Source: Candidatus Kapaibacterium sp.
GTDB taxonomy: Bacteria; Bacteroidota; Ignavibacteria; Kapaibacteriales; UBA2268
Direction: 5' to 3'
Length of the DNA stretch: 64,000 nucleotides
Assembly: GCA_963665665.1 (NCBI GenBank)
Contig: OY762428.1
Location: 4,384,001 to 4,448,000 of the forward strand
The translations under genes were made by a program, and so were the position numbers. Positions 29,314 through 39,801 of this stretch are shown here, piece after piece. The notes beneath the pieces are model-generated. The model saw only the letters and a program-made list of their open reading frames with translations. It was not told the origin of the DNA and made no database searches. The first letter of the stretch is position 1; each line of letters opens with the position of its first letter.

Positions 29314-30759
29314 ATGGGAATAATCAGTAAACTAAAAGGAATATTTGCAGAGAAGAAGGATGTGAAAGAATCACGTCCCTATCCTCTTGGTGTCATTGCC
29401 AGCAGGCAGGCATTTTCTTATTCGCTTCTTAATGAGATCCTGCCGAATCCGGATTTGATCCTGAAAAAGAATGACGAGACTTTAGAGACATACCGGAATT
29501 TCCTTTATGATGCCCATGTAGCAAGCTGTGTGCAGTCCCGTAAAGCCGGTATCCTCAGTATGGAATGGGAAATAAACCGGGGAGCAAAGAAAAGTCGTGA
29601 AGCAGAATTTATCGAAAATATTTTCAATGATCTGAATATCCGGCAGATAATTAATGAGATTCTTGATGCCCCACTATATGGATTTAAGCCTCTTGAAATC
29701 TACTGGGGTGAATCATATGGCATGATCGTTCCCAAAGATGTTAAAGGCAAGCCTTCATGGTGGTTTTTCTACGATACTAATAATATGCTTCGGTTCAAGG
29801 ATAAGAGCAAACCGTTTGGAGTTCTGATACCCAATAAAAAGTTTCTTGTTGTTCAAAGCAATGCAACCTATGATAATCCTTATGGGGATGCAGTACTAGC
29901 CAAATGCTATTATCCTGTGATTTTCAAAAAAGGTGGAATGAAGCTTTGGTCAATCTTTACCCAGAAATATGGAATGCCCTTTCTGCATGGTAAGATCGGA
30001 TTAGGCAAAGGGCAGGAAGAAGCTTACGAGTTATTCAATGTATTGGAGAAGCTGCAGCAGGACGGTATAGCCATAACCGAGGAAGAGGTTGAGATCGATA
30101 TCCTTGAATCTTCAAAGACAAGCTCGTCGGATATATACAGGAACCTGCTTCACTTCTGCAATGCGGAGATTTCCAAGGCTATTCTTTCTCAGACATTGAC
30201 GACGGAACAGGGGGATACCGGCTCTTATGCAATGTCACAGACACATCTGCAAGTTAGAAAAGATGTTGTGGACTCAGATAAACAGCTTGTAGAAATATGG
30301 ATGAATAAGCTTATAGAGTGGATCATTGAATATAATTTCGATTCAGTCTCAGAGATGCCGAAGTTTGTCCTTTACGAAGAAGAAGATGTCGATATGACGC
30401 TTGCCCAGCGTGACCAGACTTTGGCTTCTACCAATCAGATAACATTTACGAAAGAATATTTCAAAAGGAACTATGGTTTTAAAGATGATGAGATTGAAGT
30501 AGGACAAAAAGATTTAAAGGCTGAGTTTTCGGAAAATCCGGATTATGGTATTACAAATTTAAGCCAGTTCGATGAACTTACTCAGGAAGTCATTAAACCG
30601 ATCCTGAAAATGATCGAGCAGAAAAAGACTTTTGAAGAAATTCAACACGGTATTGTAAAGCTTTTTCCTGACCTTAATACTGTACAACTTGAAGATTATC
30701 TGGCAAAAGCAATTCTTATTGCTTCCGGTAGCGGAATAATTGAAGCAGGAAGCATCTGA
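29314..30759 (+). CDS. Portal protein (Mu gp29 / DUF935)
   Basis: DAHVASCVQSRK, NPYG, KYGMP, EISKAILSQTLTT...GSYA. Confidence 0.9.
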   Translation: MGIISKLKGIFAEKKDVKESRPYPLGVIASRQAFSYSLLNEILPNPDLILKKNDETLETYRNFLYDAHVASCVQSRKAGILSMEWEINRGAKKSREAEFIENIFNDLNIRQIINEILDAPLYGFKPLEIYWGESYGMIVPKDVKGKPSWWFFYDTNNMLRFKDKSKPFGVLIPNKKFLVVQSNATYDNPYGDAVLAKCYYPVIFKKGGMKLWSIFTQKYGMPFLHGKIGLGKGQEEAYELFNVLEKLQQDGIAITEEEVEIDILESSKTSSSDIYRNLLHFCNAEISKAILSQTLTTEQGDTGSYAMSQTHLQVRKDVVDSDKQLVEIWMNKLIEWIIEYNFDSVSEMPKFVLYEEEDVDMTLAQRDQTLASTNQITFTKEYFKRNYGFKDDEIEVGQKDLKAEFSENPDYGITNLSQFDELTQEVIKPILKMIEQKKTFEEIQHGIVKLFPDLNTVQLEDYLAKAILIASGSGIIEAGSI

Positions 30760-31490
30760 TGAACTATTTCGTGGAATATTATAAGTCATTCGGGAAACTG
30801 CCTACATATTCGTTTGAAAGCCCTTTTGATGTATCCTTTAAGCTCCCACCTGCAAAAGCCCTGGCGTGGTTGAAAGAAAGAGGTAAAAATCAAAAGCTAA
30901 GTATCGACTGGGATGAACTTGATGCCGAAGCTCATGACAAAGCTTTTACTGTGGCTAAAGTTCTATCTGCTGATATTCTTCAGCTTATTTACGATCATGT
31001 AGAAAAAGCCAAAGAAGAAGGTCAGACTTTGAAGCAGTTCAGAGAAGAACTTTTACCAAAGCTTCAGAAATCCGGCTGGTCAGGAGCTTCTCCCTCACGT
31101 CTGAAAGTTATTTACGATACAAATATGCAGATGAGTTATGCTAAGGGTAAGTATCGTCAACAGAAGCTTATAGCCAATATATATCCTTTCTGGAAGTATA
31201 AACAGATCCAAAGGGCAACAAAACGGCACGACCACAGCCTTCTTGATGGCAAAGTATTCAAACACGATGATCCGATCTGGGATTTAATATATCCTCCTTC
31301 CGGATTTGGATGTAAATGTTCTGTTGTGCCAATTAAAGATGGCAGTAAAGCAGAGAAAGGTTCTGATTATTTGCAGCAGGTGAAGGATAGCGGAGAGTAT
31401 CAGTTAACACCTTTAAAAGCATGGAAGCCTGAGACAGAGGTTTATGTTTCCGGGATCAGAGATCAGTTGAAGGGAATGCTGAAAATATGA
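30759..31490 (+). CDS. Head morphogenesis protein (Mu gpF/gp30-like)
   Basis: AFTVAK...RLKVIYDTNMQMSY...RHDH...DDPIW...PPSGFGCKC. Confidence 0.88.
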   Translation: MNYFVEYYKSFGKLPTYSFESPFDVSFKLPPAKALAWLKERGKNQKLSIDWDELDAEAHDKAFTVAKVLSADILQLIYDHVEKAKEEGQTLKQFREELLPKLQKSGWSGASPSRLKVIYDTNMQMSYAKGKYRQQKLIANIYPFWKYKQIQRATKRHDHSLLDGKVFKHDDPIWDLIYPPSGFGCKCSVVPIKDGSKAEKGSDYLQQVKDSGEYQLTPLKAWKPETEVYVSGIRDQLKGMLKI

Positions 31491-32065
31491 TAAAGCAGGA
31501 AATAATTGATAATCTGAATCATACCTTCCGGGAAATCAGAAAGCAGTACGATGATCTTTCGCCGGTATTGGAAATGGTTTCTGCTTTAATAGACCGGGCA
31601 ATAACAGCGAACTTTGATGCTCACGGCCGCTGGGATGGTGATGAAACCAATATCGGCTTATTCTCTGGAGGTTCTCAGAAATGGAAAGCACTTGCCGGCT
31701 CAACTAAGTCATCCTATGAAAAGCATGGCTACGAATTGCAACCGACCTTAAACAGGACAAAAGGCTTAATCTCCTCAATTGAAGTACGCCCACAAGGAAA
31801 ATCCTCTGTAATCATATCTGCAAACGCTCCCTATGCAGCAATCAACAATTACGGCGGCACAGTAAAACCTTCAATAACAATCACTCCTAGAATGCGAAAT
31901 TTCTTCTGGTATAAATTCTATGAAACCGGCCTGGTTTCCTGGAAGGCAATGGCTCTCACAAAAAAGAAAAAGCTGGAACCTGTCATTGAGATTCCAGCCC
32001 GTCCTTTTATCACATTGACTAAAGGGGATTTGGAGGAAATTGTTATACTTATATTAATCAATTGA
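31487..32065 (+). CDS. Virion morphogenesis protein (Mu gpG-like)
   Basis: WKALA...L...S...YAAINNYGG...IPARPF. Confidence 0.85.
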   Translation: MIKQEIIDNLNHTFREIRKQYDDLSPVLEMVSALIDRAITANFDAHGRWDGDETNIGLFSGGSQKWKALAGSTKSSYEKHGYELQPTLNRTKGLISSIEVRPQGKSSVIISANAPYAAINNYGGTVKPSITITPRMRNFFWYKFYETGLVSWKAMALTKKKKLEPVIEIPARPFITLTKGDLEEIVILILIN

Positions 32066-32069
32066 TATT

Positions 32070-32268
32070 TTACAACATTTTCCAATCTTCATTTTTATCC
32101 TCCAATTCATTAAGCCAGCTTGAAGGATACCCGTCATTGCAGAGTTTAACATAACTGTCCAGCTCATTGGACGGTTTACTTCTGTCCTTTTCGTAATAGC
32201 GTTGACAGGATAAATCAAACTCGAACTTGGAAAATCCGGTCTTCCCGATGAACTTATGTTTGACCTTC
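32070..32268 (-). pseudogene. Relic 3' fragment of a paralogous primase-helicase gene
   Basis: Translates KVKHKFIGKTGFSKFEFDLSCQRYYEKD...WKML*, aligning to the C-terminus of 47241-49073. Confidence 0.88.
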
Positions 32269-32419
32269 AGAGTATTGGCAACAATGAAACTTTTTGTTGT
32301 GTATTAATATATAATTCCTTGTTTAATTTGATCTGTTTTATTCTTTTTTAATCAAAACAATATTATTTTTTTATATTTATTATTTTTTTATATTTATTTT
32401 TATTTGTGATTGGATAAAC

Positions 32420-32983
32420 ATGAAAATTTATATAAAAAATATGGTCTGCATCCGATGTAGAATGATAGTGAGTTCCGAATTGGAAAAGCTTGGAATTAAC
32501 TACAAGAACTTGGTTTTGGGAGAAGTGGAATTAATTAATCATATCTCGCAGGAGCAATTGGATGCTTTAGATATAGGTTTTAGAAAATATGGGCTGGAAC
32601 TAATAATTGACAACCGCGCGAAAATAATTGAAAAAATAAAGAATATTATTATTGAACAAATCCATTATTCAGAGGAAGACCTAAAAATCAATTTTCCGGA
32701 ACTTCTTAGCAATCAACTTGACTATAATTACAAATACCTTTCAAATCTCTTCTCGGAGATGCATGGCACTACTATAGAAAATTTTATTATTAAGCAGAAA
32801 ATTGAACGCGTCAAAGAATTACTTGTCTATAATGAACTAAATTTGTCGGAAATTGCTTGGAAATTAAATTACAGCAGCGTACAGCATCTTTCTAATCAAT
32901 TTAAAAAAGTAACCGGATTAACCCCCACATTCTTCAAAAATATGAAAAATAAAAGGCGAATCGACCTCAATAATATCCATTGA
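32420..32983 (+). CDS. AraC-family transcriptional regulator (Bacteroidota type, N-terminal CxRC)
   Basis: IKNMVCIRC; LSEIAWKLNYSSVQHLSNQFKKVTGLTP. Confidence 0.92.
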   Translation: MKIYIKNMVCIRCRMIVSSELEKLGINYKNLVLGEVELINHISQEQLDALDIGFRKYGLELIIDNRAKIIEKIKNIIIEQIHYSEEDLKINFPELLSNQLDYNYKYLSNLFSEMHGTTIENFIIKQKIERVKELLVYNELNLSEIAWKLNYSSVQHLSNQFKKVTGLTPTFFKNMKNKRRIDLNNIH

Positions 32984-32990
32984 TCATGGT

Positions 32991-33050
32991 AATTATATAA
33001 AAATCAATTTAAATTGTGTAACTATTTTTTTTATTAATACCCTACATTAG
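32991..33050 (+). promoter_or_regulatory. Tandem AATTRTRTAA boxes (21-bp period) plus -7-like box
   Basis: AATTATATAA at 32991, AATTGTGTAA at 33012, TACATTAG at 33043. Confidence 0.55.
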
Positions 33051-33104
33051 CATTGCGATAATACACAAATGTATTTCGTATTAATAATTATATTAGGAAT
33101 TTTT

Positions 33105-33368
33105 ATGAATTTATATGTAGGGAACCTTCCCAATAGCATGACTGAAGAAGAATTAACTTCGAAATTTAAAGAATATGGAGAAATCCAGTCTTTAAAAATT
33201 ATCACAGACAGAGAGACTGGAAATTCTCGCGGTTTTGGTTTTATTGAAATGTCTGACAATGACGGCAGAAAAGCAATTCAGGAATTGAACGACACTGAAA
33301 TACAGGGAAGACAGATAACTGTTAATGAAGCTAAGGAAAGAAGAGATAATAACAGAAGAAAATATTAA
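33105..33368 (+). CDS. RRM RNA-binding protein
   Basis: RNP2 LYVGNL and RNP1 RGFGFIEM. Confidence 0.93.
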   Translation: MNLYVGNLPNSMTEEELTSKFKEYGEIQSLKIITDRETGNSRGFGFIEMSDNDGRKAIQELNDTEIQGRQITVNEAKERRDNNRRKY

Positions 33369-33381
33369 TATTATTTTGATT

Positions 33382-33414
33382 TTATAAAACCTGATTGGAA
33401 GTCAGGTTTTATAA
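33382..33414 (+). terminator. Rho-independent terminator-like hairpin
   Basis: TTATAAAACCTGA-ttggaag-TCAGGTTTTATAA. Confidence 0.7.
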
Positions 33415-33520
33415 TTTATAAATTAAATAACATATTGGAAATCCATAATGTTATAGCTTCTTACTAAATTTTTCAAGTTATCACCAATCATACTTATATC
33501 ATAATTGCCTTCTTTCTGCG

Positions 33521-33581
33521 AATTATGTACATAATATCAAATATTATGTAATGCATCTTAGTATATATATTACTAGCTTAG
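33521..33581 (+). promoter_or_regulatory. Second tandem box pair (21-bp period) plus -7-like box
   Basis: AATTATGTAC at 33521, TATTATGTAA at 33542, TAGCTTAG at 33574. Confidence 0.55.
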
Positions 33582-33608
33582 TATAAGAAAAAAATCATTA
33601 AAGACTGA

Positions 33609-33896
33609 ATGTAGTATCTTTAAATATTTCTTCACTTTCTAAGTGGAATTAAATTAAATCAGGAAGAACAAGCCGCGAGACAAAAAAAAGCTATTGTAAA
33701 AGATTTTTTCAAGGACAAAAATATCTGGGAAGCTAAAAAGCAAAAGCTCAGGGAGAAGTTCCCTGAATTAACAGACGAGGATTTATCTTTGGAAGAAGGC
33801 AATGAAGATGGAATGTTAGAAAAAATTCATTCGAAAATCGGAGGCGCTATCGGTAAAACAAAATAAGGATTACATAAATTCATCAAAGCTCTATAA
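33609..33896 (+). pseudogene. CsbD-like general stress protein pseudogene
   Basis: IWEAKKQKLREKFPELTDEDL...GKTK*GLHKFI, with in-frame stops. Confidence 0.65.
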
Positions 33897-33923
33897 TATA
33901 AATGTGCTGACCGGAGAATTATC

Positions 33924-34262
33924 ATGAGAAATACAGATATTGAAAAATCCAAGGCAATGATTACAGTTGAAATTATTGAATATGAACCTCATTCGGTAAT
34001 AAGTAAAACAATAATTAATAAGACGACAGGAATAGTCAGTGTTATGTCATTTGACCTTGGCGAAGCTTTAGTTGAAAAAATAATTCCTTTTGATGCGTAT
34101 GTGCAGATAATAGACGGTAAGGCCGAGATTATAATTGATGGTACATCCTATATCTTAGATACAGGTCAATCCATCGTCATACCGGCACATACGGCAAATA
34201 TTGTAAAAGCAAACGAGAGATTCAAAATGATTCTGACAATTATTAAAAGCGGCTATGAGTAA
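33924..34262 (+). CDS. Cupin-domain protein
   Basis: FDAYVQIIDGKAEIIIDG...GQSIVIPAH...FKMIL. Confidence 0.85.
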   Translation: MRNTDIEKSKAMITVEIIEYEPHSVISKTIINKTTGIVSVMSFDLGEALVEKIIPFDAYVQIIDGKAEIIIDGTSYILDTGQSIVIPAHTANIVKANERFKMILTIIKSGYE

Positions 34263-34352
34263 TCAACTAATAATATAAATATAACAATACAAAATACTAT
34301 GCATTGTTGAGTGATAAATATAATTATAAATAAATTAACGAAAGAAACTATT

Positions 34353-35243
34353 ATGGAAAACATCCTTTATTTTATCCCGGTTGTAGTAATCGTAATCATA
34401 CTTTTATCGGGAATTAGAATAGTAAGGCCAACTCAAAGAGGTCTGACAGAACGACTTGGAAAATATAACAAGTTTGCAAATCCCGGATTTCACTGGATTA
34501 TACCGGGGATAGAAAAAATGTACAGAGTAAACATTACGGAATCAATGATTGACGCAGAACCACAGGAAATTATAACCAATGATAACCTTAACGCAAGGGT
34601 TGACGCACAGGTTTATTTCAGGGTTAAAAGCGATGAAGATAGCGTGAAAAATTCGATTTATAATGTGAATAACTATGTGTATCAGATAGTAAACCTTGCG
34701 AGAACTACTTTAAGAAATATTATTGGAACTATGACCTTAAAATCAGCCAACAGTGAAAGAGGTAAAATAAACGCAGGGCTTCATAAAACACTTTTGGAGG
34801 AAACAAAAACCTGGGGTATTGAAATAGTCCGTACGGAATTAAAAGAGATCGACCCCCCATCTGATGTACAGGAAACGATGAACAAAGTAGTGAAAGCCGA
34901 AAATGAAAAGGTGGCGGCAGTCGATTTTGCTTCGGCAAGAGAAACGGTTGCTGATGGTGAAAAACGAGCTAAGATTAAAGAAGCGGAAGGATACCGTCAG
35001 GCTAAAATACTTCATGCAGAAGGAGATGCGGCTTCAATCAAATTAGTAAACGAAGCGGCAGACAAATACTTTATCGGCAACGCCCAGCTATTGAGAAAAC
35101 TTGAAACACTAGAGAATTCTTTACAAAACAATGCTAAGATAATTGTACCCCAGGGATCGGAACTTGTAAACGTTATTGGTGAAATGGCAGGGGTTGTTCC
35201 GATAAAAATGAATAAACCGACCATGGACAGCAATAGGGATTAA
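34353..35243 (+). CDS. SPFH/band 7 (stomatin-like) membrane protein
   Basis: ERLGKY...PGFHWIIP...QEIITNDN...TTLRNIIG. Confidence 0.92.
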   Translation: MENILYFIPVVVIVIILLSGIRIVRPTQRGLTERLGKYNKFANPGFHWIIPGIEKMYRVNITESMIDAEPQEIITNDNLNARVDAQVYFRVKSDEDSVKNSIYNVNNYVYQIVNLARTTLRNIIGTMTLKSANSERGKINAGLHKTLLEETKTWGIEIVRTELKEIDPPSDVQETMNKVVKAENEKVAAVDFASARETVADGEKRAKIKEAEGYRQAKILHAEGDAASIKLVNEAADKYFIGNAQLLRKLETLENSLQNNAKIIVPQGSELVNVIGEMAGVVPIKMNKPTMDSNRD

Positions 35244-35287
35244 ACTGAAAATCAATAAAAACAAAGATCTTATGATCAGGAGATTTA

Positions 35288-36364
35288 ATGAAAGATGAAA
35301 AATTAATCAGGCTCGCTACTGAGCGAAGTAATCCATGTGTTACCATTTCAATGAATACACATAGGACACATCCTGAAAATTCCAAAGACATAATCGGGCT
35401 TAAAAACCTTTTATCAGAAGCAAGAAACCGTGTTATTAAAGAATTTGGCAAACGCGATGTGAGTGATCTACTTGAGAAAATTGATAATTTGGGCAATGAA
35501 ATAGACAGTAATTTCAATCTTGATAGTTTACATATATTTATTTCAAATAAAACCAAGGAAATAATCAGGTCGCCTTTGCCTGTTCAGAAAAATACAGTCC
35601 ATGTATCGAATAGCTTCGCAATCAAACCATTGATAAAAATACTGAATCAAACTGTAGAATACTTCATACTATTATTGTCACAGTCGGGTGTCAAATTGCA
35701 TTATGCAATTAATGATGCAGTTTTGCAAGAAATAACAAATGATGATTTCCCATTTTCAGAAAATCCTCATTATGTATTTGACAAAAATAGATTAAGTGAC
35801 GGGAAGCAAGTTGATAATATGGTTCGTGAGTTTTTCAACAAGGTTGACAAAGCAATGTTAAAAGTATATAACAGAACAAAACTTAGCTGTATTGTGATTT
35901 GTACAGAGGACAATTACAGCCGGTTGATGCAGGTTGCTGACAAGCCATCCATATATTATGGGTATTCCGGGATAAATTATAATGACACTACGGACCAGAG
36001 TTTAGCTGCTCAGGCATGGCCTGTTGTAAAGGGAATGCACCATAAATCCATTGAAGATGACATCAATGAAATGAAGGAAGCAGTAGGAAAGGAATTAGCC
36101 ATAACCAATTTATCTGAAATATTTCGGGCCGTAAAAGAAGGCCGAGGGGATTTATTAATTACTCACAACAATTATTATCAGGCTGTGAAAATGACAGGTA
36201 AATTTACATTTGAACCAGTGCAGGATAATACGCAAGCAGGAGTAATAGATGATATAATAAGTGAAATCGCCTGGGATGTAATTACAAAAAATGGACGTGC
36301 CATATTTGTAGAACAGGAAGATATTCAATCATTGGGCGATATATCATTGAAAATACGATATTAA
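35288..36364 (+). CDS. baeRF3-like (bacterial archaeo-eukaryotic release factor family) protein
   Basis: PCVTISMNTHRTHP N-terminus; AVKEGRGDLL; V..KNGRAIF C-terminus. Confidence 0.7.
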   Translation: MKDEKLIRLATERSNPCVTISMNTHRTHPENSKDIIGLKNLLSEARNRVIKEFGKRDVSDLLEKIDNLGNEIDSNFNLDSLHIFISNKTKEIIRSPLPVQKNTVHVSNSFAIKPLIKILNQTVEYFILLLSQSGVKLHYAINDAVLQEITNDDFPFSENPHYVFDKNRLSDGKQVDNMVREFFNKVDKAMLKVYNRTKLSCIVICTEDNYSRLMQVADKPSIYYGYSGINYNDTTDQSLAAQAWPVVKGMHHKSIEDDINEMKEAVGKELAITNLSEIFRAVKEGRGDLLITHNNYYQAVKMTGKFTFEPVQDNTQAGVIDDIISEIAWDVITKNGRAIFVEQEDIQSLGDISLKIRY

Positions 36365-36398
36365 TTTTGTTAAAGAACTTTTATTATCAATACTAATA

Positions 36399-36650
36399 AT
36401 GGAGGAGATCAAAATGGATAAAATTGCAAAAACACTCAGCAATCCTCTCAGTATTGTCCTTGTAGTACTGACAATACTTTTCATGTTATTTGGCGGAGGA
36501 GCATTGATGGTAACATTGGAATATGGCGGAATGATGGGATCGGGGTGGGGAAGCGGAATTAGCTGGATGTGGATTCCGGCTTTGCTTTTTCTTACACTAA
36601 GCATTATGATTGGATGGGTTATGAAAACCAGAATGAAAGATGTAGAATGA
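36399..36650 (+). CDS. Small membrane protein
   Basis: Two TM segments, GGMMG linker. Confidence 0.65.
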   Translation: MEEIKMDKIAKTLSNPLSIVLVVLTILFMLFGGGALMVTLEYGGMMGSGWGSGISWMWIPALLFLTLSIMIGWVMKTRMKDVE

Positions 36651-36708
36651 ACTATCTATATGAAAGTAATATCATAGATTTTAAAATCAATAAAAAAGAG
36701 AAAATAAC

Positions 36709-37356
36709 ATGAGATTCTATCAACAATCACTAATTTCACTAAGCAGACTCCTGATAATTGCAGCAATTCTGATAACAGGATGCTCAACGACAGGTATGCA
36801 GCGCTCAAAAGAAACATCAACGACTATGGAAACTATGGATAATGATATAAAAATCGTTATGGCACAGCTATATATTACCGGATCGTCACTCGAAGCGCTA
36901 ATGAGGCCCAATCAGCAGGAAATCAGAAAAACATACGTTGCCTTTAAAGAAAATGTTTCAAAGATGGAAGATAAAGAAAAAGACTTCGTAAACCACGCCG
37001 AAGAGATGAAAGGCCGAGGGAAAGAATATTTTGCAGAATGGAAAAAGGAAGGCAATGAATATAAAAATCCGCAAATCCAAGCCTTAAGCGAGCAGCGCCG
37101 TGAAGAATTAGGCTTTATTTATAATGAAATAGCTGCAAGCAGTGTCGGCGTAAAAGAAGCCTACAGAGTTTATTTGTCTGACATCAGAGAAATGCAGATA
37201 TATCTTTCAAACGACTTGACTACAAAAGGTATAAAAGCAATATTGCCTGTTTCGAAAAAAATAGTATCTGATGGAGATAATCTTAAAAATTCCCTTACAA
37301 ATCTTCAGAAAGCAATTGACAGAGCAAGAGAAGAAATGGCTCAAAGCGGAAGATAG
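36709..37356 (+). CDS. Lipoprotein, DUF2959-like
   Basis: Lipobox LITGC; YFAEW; YLSNDLT.KGI. Confidence 0.7.
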   Translation: MRFYQQSLISLSRLLIIAAILITGCSTTGMQRSKETSTTMETMDNDIKIVMAQLYITGSSLEALMRPNQQEIRKTYVAFKENVSKMEDKEKDFVNHAEEMKGRGKEYFAEWKKEGNEYKNPQIQALSEQRREELGFIYNEIAASSVGVKEAYRVYLSDIREMQIYLSNDLTTKGIKAILPVSKKIVSDGDNLKNSLTNLQKAIDRAREEMAQSGR

Positions 37357-37398
37357 TGAAATTCAATATGTAAAAGGAATTAAATAAAAGAGATTCTA

Positions 37399-38889
37399 AT
37401 GAATATACTTCTTGTTTATCCTGAATTCCCTGATACTTTCTGGAGCTTCAAACATGCTTTAAGGTTCATAAGGAAGAAAGCAGCATCTCAGCCTTTAGGG
37501 CTTTTGACTATAGCGTCCCTTTTACCAGAGGAATGGAATAAGCGATTAGTTGACACAAACATAAAAGCTATATCATCGATCGATTTGGAGTGGGCGGATA
37601 TGGTTTTTATAAGTGCCATGAGTATTCAAAAGGATTCAGCGATAAAAATTATAAAGCAATGCAATAAAGAAAATAAAAAAATCGTTGCAGGCGGCCCTTT
37701 ATTTACTACAGAACCTGAATTATTCGACACAATCGAGCATTTGGTACTGGATGAAGCAGAAATTACTCTAGTGGAATTTTTAAATGATCTAAAGCATGGT
37801 AGTCCAAAAAAGATATATACGACTGATGATTTCCCTGATATAAAAATAACTCCAAAACCAATGTGGGAATTAGCTGATATAAAAAAATATGCTACAATGA
37901 ACATTCAATATTCAAGGGGCTGTCCATACAAATGTGAATTTTGCAATATAACGACATTATTCGGGCATAAGCCACGCACAAAAAACGTCGAACAAATATT
38001 AAACGAACTTGATTCGCTTTACAATTTAGGATGGCGAAAGAGTATTTTTTTTGTTGATGATAATTTCATTGGAAATAAAAAGAGTTTAAAAGAGGAATTG
38101 CTACCCGCTCTGATTGAATGGCGTAAAGGTAAAAAAGGTATTTCTTTTAATACCGAAGTATCAATAAACCTGGCAGATGATAAAGAGCTAATGAAGCTTA
38201 TGGTAAAGGCGGGTTTCGATATGGTATTCATTGGAATTGAAACTCCTGAAGAGCTAAGTCTTGCTGAATGCAATAAAAAGCAAAACATGAACCGCGATCT
38301 AATCGGTTGTGTACAGCAAATTCAAAGATCCGGCATTCAGGTTCAGGGTGGTTTTATACTCGGTTTTGACAATGACACGCAATCAACATTCCAAAACGTT
38401 ATTGATTTTATTCAAAATAGCGGAATTGTTACAGCAATGGTTGGTCTTTTGCAGGCTCCGACACATACTCTGCTCTATAAGAGACTAAAGCAGGAAGGCA
38501 GAATACTATCCAGCATGTCAGGAGATAATGTTGATGGGACAACAAATATAGTACCTGTAATGGAACTGGAAAAACTCTTATCTGGCTATAGGCATGTAAT
38601 TAACCAGCTTTATTCACCAAAACTTTATAATAACAGAGTTAAAACTTTTTTTAAAGAATACAAAGCTCCAAAAGTAAAAATAAGATTCAGCTTAATATCT
38701 TTATCTAAAAATATCTTTGCGTTTCTAAGCTCCATTTACATTTTAGGAATAAAGGATACAGAGCGAATCTATTATTGGAAACTGTTTATGTGGACATTAT
38801 TCCGAAAGCCATCGAGATTAGGTTTATCTATAACATTTGCTATATATGGCTATCATTTTCGAATGATATGTGAAAACCATATTAAATAA
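37399..38889 (+). CDS. B12-binding radical SAM protein (DUF4070 C-terminus)
   Basis: PLGLLTIA; SRGCPYKCEFC (CxxxCxxC); FFVDDNF. Confidence 0.92.
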   Translation: MNILLVYPEFPDTFWSFKHALRFIRKKAASQPLGLLTIASLLPEEWNKRLVDTNIKAISSIDLEWADMVFISAMSIQKDSAIKIIKQCNKENKKIVAGGPLFTTEPELFDTIEHLVLDEAEITLVEFLNDLKHGSPKKIYTTDDFPDIKITPKPMWELADIKKYATMNIQYSRGCPYKCEFCNITTLFGHKPRTKNVEQILNELDSLYNLGWRKSIFFVDDNFIGNKKSLKEELLPALIEWRKGKKGISFNTEVSINLADDKELMKLMVKAGFDMVFIGIETPEELSLAECNKKQNMNRDLIGCVQQIQRSGIQVQGGFILGFDNDTQSTFQNVIDFIQNSGIVTAMVGLLQAPTHTLLYKRLKQEGRILSSMSGDNVDGTTNIVPVMELEKLLSGYRHVINQLYSPKLYNNRVKTFFKEYKAPKVKIRFSLISLSKNIFAFLSSIYILGIKDTERIYYWKLFMWTLFRKPSRLGLSITFAIYGYHFRMICENHIK

Positions 38890-38988
38890 GTGGTACTTAA
38901 GTTACAAAAACAAAAATTAACATAATTCAATTAACTAATTCTTAATTATTAATTGATTTTCCGAATAAACTAAAAACATAAGTATAGA

Positions 38989-39801
38989 ATGCAAAATTTT
39001 AAAAGAGCAATTTTGACGCACGGAGGGTCTGCTTCGGATCCAAAGAATTCTGATGGTACCCATACTGCTGCACTAATGGGGATGCATTATTTGAAAAAAG
39101 GGCAGTCTCCTTTAGATGCGGTTGTACATGCTGTAAGATATTTAGAGGATGACCCCCGATTTAATGCCGGCATCGGCTCTCAAATACGTTCAGATGGCAA
39201 AACAATCCAAATGGATGCATCCTGCATGATAAGCAGCGGTGAATTTGGCGCTGTAGCCTGCGTACAAGGTATTCAAAACCCTATTGATATCGCTCATCAG
39301 GTATTGCTCAATTCTTCTCATATCCTATTAGTAGGCGAAGGGGCATGCGTTTTTGCTAAAGATCAAAAGATAAATGTAATACCTCAAATTATTTCTACTG
39401 AGGATAAACCATTTCTAAAATTAGAATCTCATTCATGTGATACTGTAGGGGCAGTAGCATTTGATGGGGAAACTTTTGCAGCTGCTCTAAGTTCGGGAGG
39501 ACTTAAGAACTCCGCTATCGGAAGGGTAGGCGATGTACCACTTCCGGGCTGTGGGCTTTATTGTGGCCCTTTGGGAGTAATAGCCTGCACTGGTGATGGT
39601 GAATTTATAGCTCTCAGAATGCTTGCCAGAGAAATCTATTCTTGGCTTGAACAAAAAATTAGTCCAACAGAAGCCACAAAAAACGCTATGAGCTTATTTG
39701 ACGATTCAGTAGATATTGGAGTCATAATATTAACAAAAAATGAATTCTCTTCAAATGCACGGCACGGAATGGCTTGGTCACAATTAACGGAGATAGAATA
39801 A
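38989..39801 (+). CDS. iaaA: Isoaspartyl peptidase / L-asparaginase (Ntn hydrolase)
   Basis: THGG, LEDDPRFNAG, MDAS, autocleavage site DTVGAVA, GRVGD. Confidence 0.88.
   Translation: MQNFKRAILTHGGSASDPKNSDGTHTAALMGMHYLKKGQSPLDAVVHAVRYLEDDPRFNAGIGSQIRSDGKTIQMDASCMISSGEFGAVACVQGIQNPIDIAHQVLLNSSHILLVGEGACVFAKDQKINVIPQIISTEDKPFLKLESHSCDTVGAVAFDGETFAAALSSGGLKNSAIGRVGDVPLPGCGLYCGPLGVIACTGDGEFIALRMLAREIYSWLEQKISPTEATKNAMSLFDDSVDIGVIILTKNEFSSNARHGMAWSQLTEIE

Noticed and set aside
18500-32065. Transposable (true Mu) prophage
   Set aside because: No DDE transposase or MuB is visible; a tyrosine integrase and att-like site are present instead.
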